From NCBI GenBank assembly GCA_000091205.1, contig AP006497.2: a stretch of 64,000 nt of DNA. One strand, written 5' to 3'. The stretch is from Cyanidioschyzon merolae. Taxonomy: Eukaryota. Both the position numbers and the translations under genes were made by a program. Of the stretch, positions 45,326 to 55,985 are shown piece after piece (within the stretch, counting starts at the first letter, position 1; each line of letters begins with the position of its first letter). A model generated the notes under the pieces. The model ran no database searches, was not told where the DNA came from, and saw only the letters and a program-made list of their open reading frames with translations.

Positions 45326-46775
45326 AGTCCACCTTTTCGGACTAGAAATTTGTTCTCAGATTGTGAAGACTGACCAGCGACAGACCCAACTGTTACGTTT
45401 CGTACGGAAAACGTGGATGCGGAGGAGATTGGTGGCGCGCAATGTCGCGCGCTCTGCCCTAGGCGGCGTACTAAGGAGCGGCCGTGCGTCTGGCAGAACG
45501 CGTTTCTGTTGTTGTTGTTGTTGTTGCTGAGTAACACTTTCATTACACTGTAGGTATAAAGCTGCCTCTATCCTAGTCTCATGCCCTGGTCAGGCTGTGG
45601 TATGGTAAAGACGGCAGCGCAACGCGGATCGGCATAGGACGGGTACCTAATGGAGCTCGGACGCTTGCAATCGTCGTGTGTGCGAGACCGAAAGCGCGCT
45701 GCATGGGTCCCAAGTGCAAGCTGCTGACCGTGCTTTATTGAAAAGCGTTGTTGGGATTTCCCATTTCGTTCTTGTGTCCCTACGTGAACGGATTGTGCAT
45801 CAGACGTTGAGGGTCAGCGCATTGCAGACAATGCAAACCGACCGCTAGCACATTTGCATCAGTACAGATTTTTCGTGCTTGCAGCCAGGCAATTCGTTCG
45901 GTGCATCCACGAGAGGGCCGAAACACTCCCCCAAAGTCACGTTTCCTATCAACTCTTACAACAAAAGCAGCGCACAGCTGGCGCGAGATAAAGCCGTCTC
46001 TCAAGTTCGTCACTCCGGGGGCGCGCACACGCGTACCTCTTGCGCACCGATACGATAACAGCGATGCTAAGGCGAAAGCGTCCCATATACATTCGGGATC
46101 CGTAGTGAGCTCGACAACTCGGTGGTAACTGCGTGGATCAAGCCTTTCTTTCCTGACGGACTACTACCCTGACGCTGAGGCGTGGAAATTCCCGCGAAAG
46201 GCATCAGGCAAAGCACGCTGAGGATCGCAGTCTAGCGGCCTGCTCGAGTCGCGAGTCCGGGAGCTTCCAGCTCGATGTAACCGGGCGAGACGATATAGAG
46301 TGTGTCCGCACGAGCGCGAACGGGCGTCGCGACCTCAGCACCCAAACCTCATGACAACAAAAACCACAAGCAATTGCGGGTTCCGGCAAAACTGATCAAT
46401 GGTTCTTTTAGCCACGTTACGTCGTCGAGTCTGGCCAAATGACCCCGCGAATTATCTTCAGACTAGACAGGTCCTGGTTGTTTGGTCAAAGTGCGTGGCG
46501 CGAAGCTCCCCATAGCTGCTTGCAGTTGGTGCTTCTGGTGACGCCGTGCAGGGCGAACGCTTTCGCAACCAAGGCCAGTACCGACCAACACTTCACATTG
46601 TAAATCGGTACCAGTATACTGAGACCTGAGCGGTTTGGTCTGCCGGGGTATCGGTAATATACCTCACCCGCCGATGAGTGCCATTGCGTAACAACGCAGC
46701 AGCGTACACGGTCTTGGTTTGTGTACAAAAGCCTGTGGACTGTCCGCTGGCTGCGCCAAGAAGAACGCTTGTCTT

Positions 46776-48068
46776 TGCGCTACATCCGGGTCAGATGAAA
46801 AAGGAACAGTAAACAGTTCGTTCTGGTCTAGATGTTTGATTTTTTCGGATCTTATGAACGATGTACAGCATCGACACTCAATGACCAAAAGTAGCACTAT
46901 TGGATTCATAAGATGCCTACCGATGCTCGGTCGCCGTTTCGGGATGGCATCTTCGGCGTTTCGTAGCTGGAATCGTAATGGAACCTAAACCATGAGCATT
47001 TATAACGCCCGCGAGCAACGGCTCCTAAAAATACCCGATATCGTTATCCAGTGTATACGGACTGGCCTCCACGCTTCTCTGCTCTGTATGTGCAGCGTGC
47101 CCAAATCGTGCAGTCTTCGAGCCTCTTCGGTTTCTGTTCCGAGGCAACGACTGGGCGCATCAATGCTGGCCACTGGATTCTCGGGGAATCGCGGTCGACG
47201 TTCTCCCTTGACGGCTTGTTTGCATGGTCATCCCGAAAGTCCACGGAGATGCTCATGTCAAACGATCGATTCGGTTCGAAAGACATATCCTGCTCTCTTT
47301 GTGGCCACTGAAGACTCCCGTTTTTTGAACAGCACCGTGATACCTCACTCTCTCACGGAGGTATGCTCCAAGAGGCTCTCCTCTGTCTCCCATTCGCATG
47401 GACAGAGGTCTTCGACTCGGACTTGAGCTGTCGCAGTGAACGCTCCCAGTGCAGCGCTCATTGCCGGTCCGCACCGAGCGATCATAGACAGATCGACGAA
47501 TCTCGACTTCCTCTACATCCTTTACTTGCCGCACGCTACGTGTTTCATCGCGGGTAGCATCGCGCTCCACACATCTTTTTTATCGAATGAAGCAGTGTGC
47601 GTTTGCGTGTGCAACGCATAGAGCAAGTGCCGAGACGATCTCCCGGGAAAAGCACGTCATCGAAGTGCGTCGCACCGGCTGCTGAAGCCGTGCATGGCAT
47701 CGAAAGAGGCGTCCTGTGTCCATCAATAGGGTCTGTCTAGCGACCGAACAAAAGGTCACGGGTTATAGGACGGCGCTCGGTCGGGAAGATGCGTTGGACA
47801 TACCGAAGCACCTGACCACAGTCAAGCGTTATTGCCCGAAAAGGCGCACCAGGCCGTATACAAAGATGAAGAATAGAACGGGCGAGGCGTGGATCGCTGC
47901 TGCTGACTCTACGTTACCTTTTGTCGATAACAGCCAGACGCAGCGAGCTTCAGAAGAGAAAGCTGCCGTCAGCTTCATTCAACAGCTGAAAAAGGATAAC
48001 GATCGCAGAAGAGACCTGAATACGTAAAGCCGGAGAAAACAGACTGAGAAAGGAGCAGAACGGCAGAC
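46776..48068 (+). repeat. Repeat family R, copy 2 (full length, ~1.29 kb)
   Basis: About 97-98% identical to 55986..57261. It contains only short ORFs (MSIYNAREQRLLKIPDIVIQCIRTGLHASLL..., MSINRVCLATEQKVTGYRTALGRE...) with no recognisable domains. Confidence 0.8.
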
Positions 48069-48394
48069 AAAGACCGATGAATATAAATCTAGAGATAAGA
48101 GAGCAGTGTCAGTGTTAGAGAACTCATTCTGACAAGAATCTGATGCGGTCGCAACTAGCTCCAGGCTGCCTACGCGGCGAGTTTGCGACGCACCTGCTGC
48201 GTCCAACGCTGCCGTGCCCCTGAACTATTAAATCCTGAAAAGGGAAAGTTATGTCGTCCAATGTACCGCATAGACTGCTTGATTACAAGGGTAACAGCAC
48301 TATCCGGTTGTGGAGCAATGCTTTCGTGGAGTATCGATTCCAAAATTTACTTGAGTCCGCAAAAAATGCGACTGAGCGCTGAGCACGGGTCCCT

Positions 48395-48640
48395 GCCGCT
48401 GTCGCTTGGTACCCGCGCACGGACACCAAGTGACGACTTGCAACCTCTACACGATCCATACTCAATTATGATCGCTGCCGGTGTCGCTTGGTACCCGCTC
48501 ACTGACGCCAAGTGGCGACTTGCAACCTCTATACGATCTATTCTCAATAATGACCGCTGCCGGTCTCGCTTGGTACTTGCGCACGGACACCAAGTGGCGA
48601 CTTGCAACCTCTACACGATCCATACTCAATCATGTGTCCA
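48395..48640. repeat. Minisatellite: ~82-bp unit x3 (cgcttggtacccgcgcacggacaccaagtggcgacttgcaacctctacacgatccatactcaat...)
   Basis: Direct tandem copies start near 48405, 48487 and 48569 with a few substitutions each. Confidence 0.8.
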
Positions 48641-48793
48641 ATACAGCACCACAGCAAAGCGCTGTGCCCTTTACATCAGCGCCACCTGCGCTGATCTCGA
48701 CCGCATCATTTCAACAGACGCAGGAAGATTCTTGTCCCGGTTGTCAGCGGCATCAACGTTGGCGATGCGCTGCAATGGCGCAGCGGCGACGAA

Positions 48794-49834
48794 TTATGAG
48801 TGTTCGGCATGATTTGCGACCTGTTGCTCTCGCTTTCGCTTGGCCTCCTCTAGAAGCTCAACAAAGTGTCCATGATCAGCGAACAGAATCAGCAGCCGGA
48901 TCGCCAGCGGCACCAGGTCCATTCTTCGGAGCGTGGTGTCCAGCTGCCATCGTGCGTGCTTGGCCTCCTCCTGGGCCAACAGGGATGCAGCAACTTGATC
49001 ACCACCGCTCGCTCGGACCTGGAGCTCTGGACGAGGATCCCGATGAACAACCAAGACACTGAAGCGCAATTCTTGATTCGATGCTCGAGAGATGCGTTGC
49101 CGAACAGCCCGCAACGCTACGCAGACCCAGGCCAAATCATTGTGATGCTGCGCTTCGGCCGTGGGTAACTGTTGTTTCGAGTCTGGCGTTCCAGGCGCCA
49201 AAAGTGAAGCATCAAAAGTGCCCACTGCCGACGGTCCAGTCTGCAGGCCATCCAACTCGTATACCTTGCCGCCGAGAGGCACATAGGAGACGTAATGGAA
49301 GACATCTTCGCGCGGAAGCAAGTTACGAAGGGATGGATCCTCTTCCAGTAAAATACCCCGCAGAGGGGAGAATGAGTTGTGAACCGCGCAAATATCCCTA
49401 GCATTGGCCAAAAGCTCGCCCCGTGTCTCCGCATCAAGTGCCTGCGCAAACTCCGCGTACTCTGTCAAAAGCGGGCCCAGTTGCAGACCTCGTTGCCGTG
49501 CGTTCAAGAGCACTGCAAGCAAAGCTTGGGTGGCACACGCATTACGAATGACTTGCCGCGAAAAGATTAAATGATGAGGAGTTTCGGCAGTCGAGAGCGG
49601 CTCAGACGCCGGCGCTGCCAATACTTGGTCGTACTTGAAGAGAAAGATGAGGCCGAAAACCGGACACGCGAGGTTGGCTGCAACAAACGCTTCTTCACTG
49701 AGGTCCACGAGTTCGTCCACCTGGACACCTTTCACGCCCAGTTCAGTTATCATGGCAGTAAAGACACCAGGATCCGATTCGATGGTACACCAGCCTCCCT
49801 CCGAGTCAGCGCCGTCATCAACGGAGCTCGCCAT
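48794..49834 (-). CDS. UCHL5: Ubiquitin C-terminal hydrolase UCH-L5/UCH37 family
   Basis: ATG at 49834. GGWCTIESDPGVFTAMITELGVKGVQVDEL matches the UCH N-terminus including the catalytic-Cys region. QVIRNACATQALLAVLLN matches QVINNACATQAIVSVLLN. It has a C-terminal extension, as in UCH37. Confidence 0.85.
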   Translation of the reverse strand: MASSVDDGADSEGGWCTIESDPGVFTAMITELGVKGVQVDELVDLSEEAFVAANLACPVFGLIFLFKYDQVLAAPASEPLSTAETPHHLIFSRQVIRNACATQALLAVLLNARQRGLQLGPLLTEYAEFAQALDAETRGELLANARDICAVHNSFSPLRGILLEEDPSLRNLLPREDVFHYVSYVPLGGKVYELDGLQTGPSAVGTFDASLLAPGTPDSKQQLPTAEAQHHNDLAWVCVALRAVRQRISRASNQELRFSVLVVHRDPRPELQVRASGGDQVAASLLAQEEAKHARWQLDTTLRRMDLVPLAIRLLILFADHGHFVELLEEAKRKREQQVANHAEHS

Positions 49835-50279
49835 TGTCGTCGGTCAGTGCTGAACTTTTACGCTTCGCCAAAGGTGTACCCGTTGCGCTGCGTCTTTTCG
49901 ATACGCCTTCCCGAACTGATACCACGATCTATCTGGACTGTGAAACTCCGCAGGTAGACGCACAGACGGCAACCGCAGCCGAGAAGTTCTCGCCACCCTC
50001 AGGGCTGGATGTAGAGGCGTTGTTGACGGCTTGCGCGCGGCGGCCGCTGCGGTCGTGAGCATCCGCTCATGCCATTGGTGTACCATAGGTGACGTCGCTT
50101 TTACCGCTGCGTTGCGCCGACGCGGTGACTGTTCAGCGTCCGCGGAGGCCAGGTCTCTGGTCGCTACGGGCACCGGGCACAGGTTTTCTCAGTACGAGTG
50201 GCGCGGCAGCTTCTGGACTCGCGCATCTGGTACCAGTCTGTGCACGAACGGGACTGTTGCGTCTCCGTTTCCCGCGCGC
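49835..50279. promoter_or_regulatory. Putative bidirectional promoter region between the divergently transcribed UCHL5 and ATAD1-like genes
   Basis: It is a 445-bp intergenic spacer between two head-to-head CDS starts. Inferred from arrangement only. Confidence 0.3.
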
Positions 50280-51554
50280 ATGGCAGGGAAACGAGCGAGC
50301 GACGGTGCAGCGGCGAGCAACCCGTATAACTCGCTGTTTGCCGACATTCTTACGTCAGTAATATCCGTCACAGCCTTATTCATTGGTGCAAACATTATTC
50401 GAAAAAGGCTGGACCCAGCATTTGAATCGAAGAAGGAGCTTGAACGACGTCGCAAGGAGCTCGAGGAGCGCCTCCGGAAGCAACGCAGCAGCTGTGGGCG
50501 GCCACCGCTGGACCTTTCGGACTTGACCCCTAACGAAGAGGTTGTCGCGCACTATCTGGTCGATCCTGACGAACTTGATGTGCAGTCATTGGATGATGTT
50601 GGCGGCCTAGAAGAAATCAAAGAGGAACTGCGCGAACTTGTGATCTTACCGTTCCATCGCCCCGAACTCTTTCCTCCCGGCTCGCTTTTGCAACCGCCAA
50701 AAGGGATCCTTTTATATGGACCGCCAGGAACTGGGAAAACGATGCTCGCGAAAGCACTTGCAGCTGAGTCAAAGGCGTGTTTCTTAGCTATTTCGCCAGC
50801 GACGCTGTTGAGCAAGTGGGTTGGCGAAACGCAGCAGCTCACCCGGGCAGTCTTCTCGCTCGCGTACAAAATCCAGCCGTGCATCATATTCATCGATGAG
50901 ATTGACGCGCTGTTCCGCACGAGGAGTGCGCAGGATCACGAGGTATACCGGGATTTCAAAGCGGAGATGATGCAGCTCTGGGACGGATTGACGACGGACT
51001 CCAGCGCCCAAGTGCTGGTACTGGGTGCCACGAACCGTCCCTGGGATGTCGATACAGCGATACAACGTCGGATGCCGAGGAGCTTCCTGGTGGACCTCCC
51101 GGGCGTGGAACAACGCAAGCGCATTCTTGATGTCATTCTCCGGTCCGACAGGCACCGCTTGGAGGCATCTACCGAAGAACTCGCGAAGCTTACCGAAGGT
51201 TATTCGGGAAGCGATTTGCGCGAGCTCTGCAGGGCCGCTGCGCTTCTTGTCCTACGAGATGCAATGCGCGAAGCCAAAAAGTGCGGCGTCGACGTTTCCC
51301 AAGTGCAGCTGCGCAGCATGCGACTTGAGGATTTTGAGCGAGCGATGGAGCGAGTAGCACCGACCGGTGCCCATGCTGAAATTTTTCGGTACCGCCAAAC
51401 TCTGGAACGTGTGCGGAAGCTGCGCGTCGCGCAAGAAAACAGTAATGTAGAGTCCAGAGAACCCGATGAGCAAACATTGGTTGCCGGAATCGAGGAGGCG
51501 CTCCTGGTAGAGGCTAATGAGTTTGTGGAGCGCGTTGGTCGTCGGCTGGGCTGA
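50280..51554 (+). CDS. AAA ATPase of the ATAD1/Msp1 family (outer-membrane extractase) with an N-terminal TM anchor
   Basis: ATG at 50280 (MAGKRASDG...). The TM segment is LFADILTSVISVTALFIGANII. Walker A is GILLYGPPGTGKTMLAKALA, Walker B is CIIFIDEIDAL, followed by SRH-region ATNRPWDVDTAIQRRMPR. The ORF-track start at 50031 adds 83 upstream codons and is probably not used. Confidence 0.85.
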   Translation: MAGKRASDGAAASNPYNSLFADILTSVISVTALFIGANIIRKRLDPAFESKKELERRRKELEERLRKQRSSCGRPPLDLSDLTPNEEVVAHYLVDPDELDVQSLDDVGGLEEIKEELRELVILPFHRPELFPPGSLLQPPKGILLYGPPGTGKTMLAKALAAESKACFLAISPATLLSKWVGETQQLTRAVFSLAYKIQPCIIFIDEIDALFRTRSAQDHEVYRDFKAEMMQLWDGLTTDSSAQVLVLGATNRPWDVDTAIQRRMPRSFLVDLPGVEQRKRILDVILRSDRHRLEASTEELAKLTEGYSGSDLRELCRAAALLVLRDAMREAKKCGVDVSQVQLRSMRLEDFERAMERVAPTGAHAEIFRYRQTLERVRKLRVAQENSNVESREPDEQTLVAGIEEALLVEANEFVERVGRRLG

Positions 51555-51647
51555 GCGGCAAACCCGCGTAAGGCAATGGCAATTGTTTCCAGCAAGTGCT
51601 TCTCGTTGATCGAGGTGCCTGACGCAGCGCGGTCCAGAATGGAGCAT

Positions 51648-51740
<93 letters not shown>
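51648..51740. repeat. (GCAC)n tetranucleotide microsatellite, ~23 units
   Basis: An uninterrupted gcacgcacgcac... tract lies ~95 bp downstream of the ATAD1-like stop codon. It has an alternating purine-pyrimidine composition. Confidence 0.95.
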
Positions 51741-52956
51741 TGTTCCTGTGACGTGTCCACCAGATCGGGGCGCACGCATTGCCACAGGCAGCGTTTAATG
51801 CGCGGATCACTCGTTGGGAAGCGCGCGTATAAATGCAGCGCGCGATCTCATACGATGCGTGTGACGATACGCAAGGCACGTTCAAGCTGCACAGCTGATG
51901 CAGTGTACCTCTGGATACAGAGCAGGATTGCGTTGTGCTCCTGCCTAGTATGGGTTGTGTGTACGGCGGGCACCTGCATCTTTGCGTAAAGACACCAGCG
52001 AAGCTTCGCAGCCGATACTATCTACCCGTAGATATGTCCCTGAATTGCGTTGTGCTTCTGCCCGTCATCAATGTGTTATGCGAAGGTTCTACCAGACGCT
52101 GCTACGCAGGAATACGCTTGCAGATCACTTCGCGCGCCGTGATTTGAGCAATTCTTGTTGGTGAAGCGGACAGACGTTGCACGCCGCGCACATCAGGCAT
52201 GTGTGCACGCGATCCGCTCGTCGCTGCGTGCTGCATGAGGAAGCACAACCGTTTGACTTTGTGAGTCTTATTCGAGCCTGCCTGCTAGTTTCAGGATGGG
52301 CTTGCACCTTCAAAAGCAAAATATGAGCCAGCAATAATGATCATGTGAACCCCCAGTGCTTCCTTTCGTTCGAGGCAGGACAAACCCGGTTTCATTGGCA
52401 GAATTCCTTTCTGATTCGCAGATACCAACTTTTACCGTTTTCCTTGCAAAGCGTTGCAAGAATGAAATAAACCTCTGGCGGAGCGCTTGACACGTTCAAC
52501 TGCTAGCATGCTTGCCAAACGCCACTCGAATCCCGGAACACCGAAATGAAACCCAGTTTTTCGTCCTGAAATTCTCATCCTAGAGACGCCAGCAAGATGA
52601 GCATGGATGCTGTGGGCTTTGAGCCCTGCAGCGTGCTGCGACATGCTACCGCCCACGATCGCACCTCCGAGGCTAAGAAGGCATAGGCTCGTGTGCGATG
52701 GCGCAACGTTCCGTGAATGCCATGCCCCGTGAACAGCTCGCTTGACGTCGATACAATCGCCACCGTACTGGAGCTAAGTTCGCCGTAGCGTCCAATGCAG
52801 CACCCGCTTGTTTTCGACGAGCACGACGATATTTCGTCCTGTGGAGCGGCCGAAACATGTCCAATACCATGGCCACAAAAAGAAACGTTGATCCTCTCTA
52901 CTTTCATGTCAGAATATAATTTCAGAGGTTGTCTACCAAGGTCGTTCACCGTGAAG

Positions 52957-54085
52957 TTTTGGTCTCTTCCCAGTATCATCAGCAACAGCCTTTGCGAGAT
53001 CCTTCGGCGACTGCTCCCTTTTCCGGTCTCTTGTCTCTGGCGTGCCATAGCCGATCTCTCCTGTGATCGATGTACTATGTCAGCAGTCAACGGATGCCGA
53101 TGGCAGCATCGAAGCCTCGATTTCGCTGCTTCTGGCTGTCGCCGACGCGCTTCATGAACAGACCGTAGATGCGATCTACGCCCCGCTTGGCATGTTCGCC
53201 TTCTTCATCATATACCGCCTCTGTACGCCGTATACAGCGGTGACGCTTCGCTACCGTCGGTTATTCGCGTATGTCGACTGCGCGTCTTCCGCGGGCCGTC
53301 CTACAACGCGTGAACGCTTGCCTCATCGCCCGGCACATGCCCCGCCATGGCACAGAACGCTTCTCTGGGTGCGGTCCTCGGTTTCAGCACGCGGTGCCGT
53401 GCACTACGATTACGTGCTCCACCCGGGCGATCCTCTCGCCATTGTCTCTGTCCTCTGCACGAGCAAGCGCGCGCTCTTCCAATGGATAGATGATTTATGG
53501 AACGCGATGTCGTCCACGATGAAACTTGTGTCGGAAGGAAAACCAGGGCTGGATCAGCATTCGAGAGATTCGGATGCGTCAACGCTGCCTCCGTACGAAT
53601 CGATGACGCACTCTGCACTAGCCGCACTCGCGGCGATACAAGAAGGCCGGTTCGAAACCTCTTCTCCGTGCAACCGGAAGCGTCGTGTGCCTCAGGGAGT
53701 ACAAGCCATGAGGTATGCCATGCTCCTGGGGAATGCGGTTCCGTTAGTGGCCTCAGAGAGAGGATAATTTGGCTTTCCGTGAGATTGTTTATTTGATGTG
53801 AGTGTCTCAGTGAACTCTTGGCGTGGACTTGCCAAGAGGTCGATGAGGGTCTTCGATGGGTTTTTCCTATTCAATCCAGATGCGCAGAATGCTGAGCCCA
53901 CGACTTGCCTACAAAAACTGGTTGATCGAAAACTTGGTGAATGCTTATGTTGAGCATGCTGCGCGCAATAAACGGAGAAGCGCGGAGTCTCGTACTTATG
54001 CATTGGATAACGATATCGGTTCTTTTACGGAACCCTGCTGGAGGGCGTCGTGCTTCATCATGATTTCGATAAAGGATCGAATTCC
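52957..54085 (+). repeat. 1.1 kb duplicated block, copy 2
   Basis: See copy 1. The differences seen between copies are substitutions only, for example L>P and T>P in the 234-aa ORF. Confidence 0.8.
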
Positions 54086-54924
54086 CGCTGCAAAGAGTCG
54101 AGGAAGCCACTTGGAAAATACGACCGAGACTCCCAGAACTACCTAAGAATCCGTAAGCCGCCATTGTTGCACGTCCTTTTTCGAAGCTGTTCATCTAGAA
54201 AATTTCGGAGAATTCGAAGAGCAGGAATATGGCGAGCGATTCTGCGTCCCATTCTAAGCTGGCACGGGCCTAGAAGAAATGATATTTGAAGCTGCATCAG
54301 CATGCATTATTCGTTTGCTCGCAGCATCCGACAACTGTAGAATGACTCGATAGCCTCGAATCCACCCGGTAGGAGCACCAGCCTCCTTTCGATACGCATG
54401 CCTGTTCAAGAGCATCCCAGAGAAATGACCTCGGAAGGTACGGGACTCGACAGTGTGATATCGCAGAAGCATTGGGCTACTTCAGCATGTTCACCTACAA
54501 CGGCGCACTTGGTGCTGTGAATGTCATAGGGCGCCATGTGTACGATTGCCCCGCCCGATTCAGGGCTTGTATCTTTCCAGCAGGAAAAGTTATCCTCAAT
54601 TCGAGTGCTCCTTCCTGGAAGCGGTCGTGTAACAATGTGCTTTGAGGAATCACATGCCGCGCCTAGTCTAGACTTGAACGATGAAAGCGCCGCGACGATC
54701 TCGCTCGCTGCCTCACAGACGTCGGGCTCCGAGCGAAACCTAGTCGTTGCGGAGACCTCTTCTGCATGTCTGCAGCATAAATCGGATTTCTCTCGGGTGC
54801 ATCTTTTGAGCACTTCATGGAACGACAATCACAACGTTCCAATCGAGAGCCCTGGTTGTGTACTGCAATACCTCCGATTAGATCATCGAAGCCGGATTTC
54901 TCTGCTGTACCTCGTACGAGCATC

Positions 54925-55734
54925 TCAAGGGGCATAGATCACAACGTCTCCATCAAGAGCACTTGTCGAATGCTGCAATTCTTCCGGGTAGACGATGGAA
55001 ACGAGCGCATTCACTGTATTCCGATAATGTGCAAGCATCTCAACTGTCCCCAGTCGGTTCGCGACATGGAAAAACCCAGTAACGTGGAGTACCTGAGCCT
55101 TTGGATAGCGTTCTAAAGCTTCCGCGATACTGAAAGCCATTGTTGCGTCCCAGAGAGATTGCGCTTGGAGCATTCTCTGCATGCGCTCCTGTTGAGCTTG
55201 TGCAGAGCTCGGATCCGGTCGCATTACCTGCTGCATGATGGCCTGAAAGGCTTCGCTGTAGGCGTTACTGGGTGCAGGCCAGGGCGTCGGTGCGCACCAC
55301 GCACGTTCCTTCGGTGAGAGCGTCTCCATAACCGCTTGCTGGCCTTGTTTTGCCACTCGGCTTGTGATACTGCGAGGGGCGTTCGCGGCGAGTACAGCAA
55401 GGTTATTGGTGCGGGCGAAACGCACCAACGGCACGTACGGTTCGGGAACCACGCTCTCTATCTCGTCACGAAGCATCGCCTCGTTGAGTACATGTTGTTG
55501 GGATCGATCTAGGAACTCCAAAGAGAGCAAAAGTTGTCGATTCTGTCGTTGACTACTTAGCCACAGAGCTTCCAGAATACGAAGTTCAAGCTGCTGCGCG
55601 ACCGAGTGCTCGTGATTTTCACCAATAAACACGACTTGTTCACAAACTTCAGAGGCGAAGATGCTCAAAAGTTTTTCAAGGGATACCGACTGCCCACGGA
55701 AAAAACAACGGTGCACACCCGACGGAACCGCCAT
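54925..55734 (-). CDS. ChaN/Tiki-like protein (Cofac_haem_bdg/DUF399 family), 269 aa
   Basis: ATG at 55734. QVVFIGENHEHSVAQQLELRILEAL...LSLEFLDR... resembles the GExH...E motifs of the ChaN/Tiki/TraB superfamily. The assignment is tentative. Confidence 0.45.
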   Translation of the reverse strand: MAVPSGVHRCFFRGQSVSLEKLLSIFASEVCEQVVFIGENHEHSVAQQLELRILEALWLSSQRQNRQLLLSLEFLDRSQQHVLNEAMLRDEIESVVPEPYVPLVRFARTNNLAVLAANAPRSITSRVAKQGQQAVMETLSPKERAWCAPTPWPAPSNAYSEAFQAIMQQVMRPDPSSAQAQQERMQRMLQAQSLWDATMAFSIAEALERYPKAQVLHVTGFFHVANRLGTVEMLAHYRNTVNALVSIVYPEELQHSTSALDGDVVIYAP

Positions 55735-55985
55735 GAAAGCAATATATCGTGAACCGGTCTATCGTGTGGATGCTTTCAAGTTTCAAGCGCCGCGGCTTGC
55801 CTCGTGCCGTCGTATCGGCTTTGAGGCGAGCGCTCGAGTTTTGAACCGTGTAATTGGTACTCACAGGAATTCATCGGTCATTTTCGTAACATTAGGAAGG
55901 AAACGCAACTTGCCGCGCTCGATGGGCAAGAGATAGGGAGCATGTGCCGAGAAAACGGGTACAGCAGTGCCATGCTAGAAGCGAA

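Noticed and set aside
51200-51885. Minus-strand ORFs of 191, 177 and 123 aa reading through the (GCAC)n microsatellite (ACVRACVRACVR...)
   Set aside because: These are translation artefacts of a simple repeat with no stops. They overlap the ATAD1 3' end.
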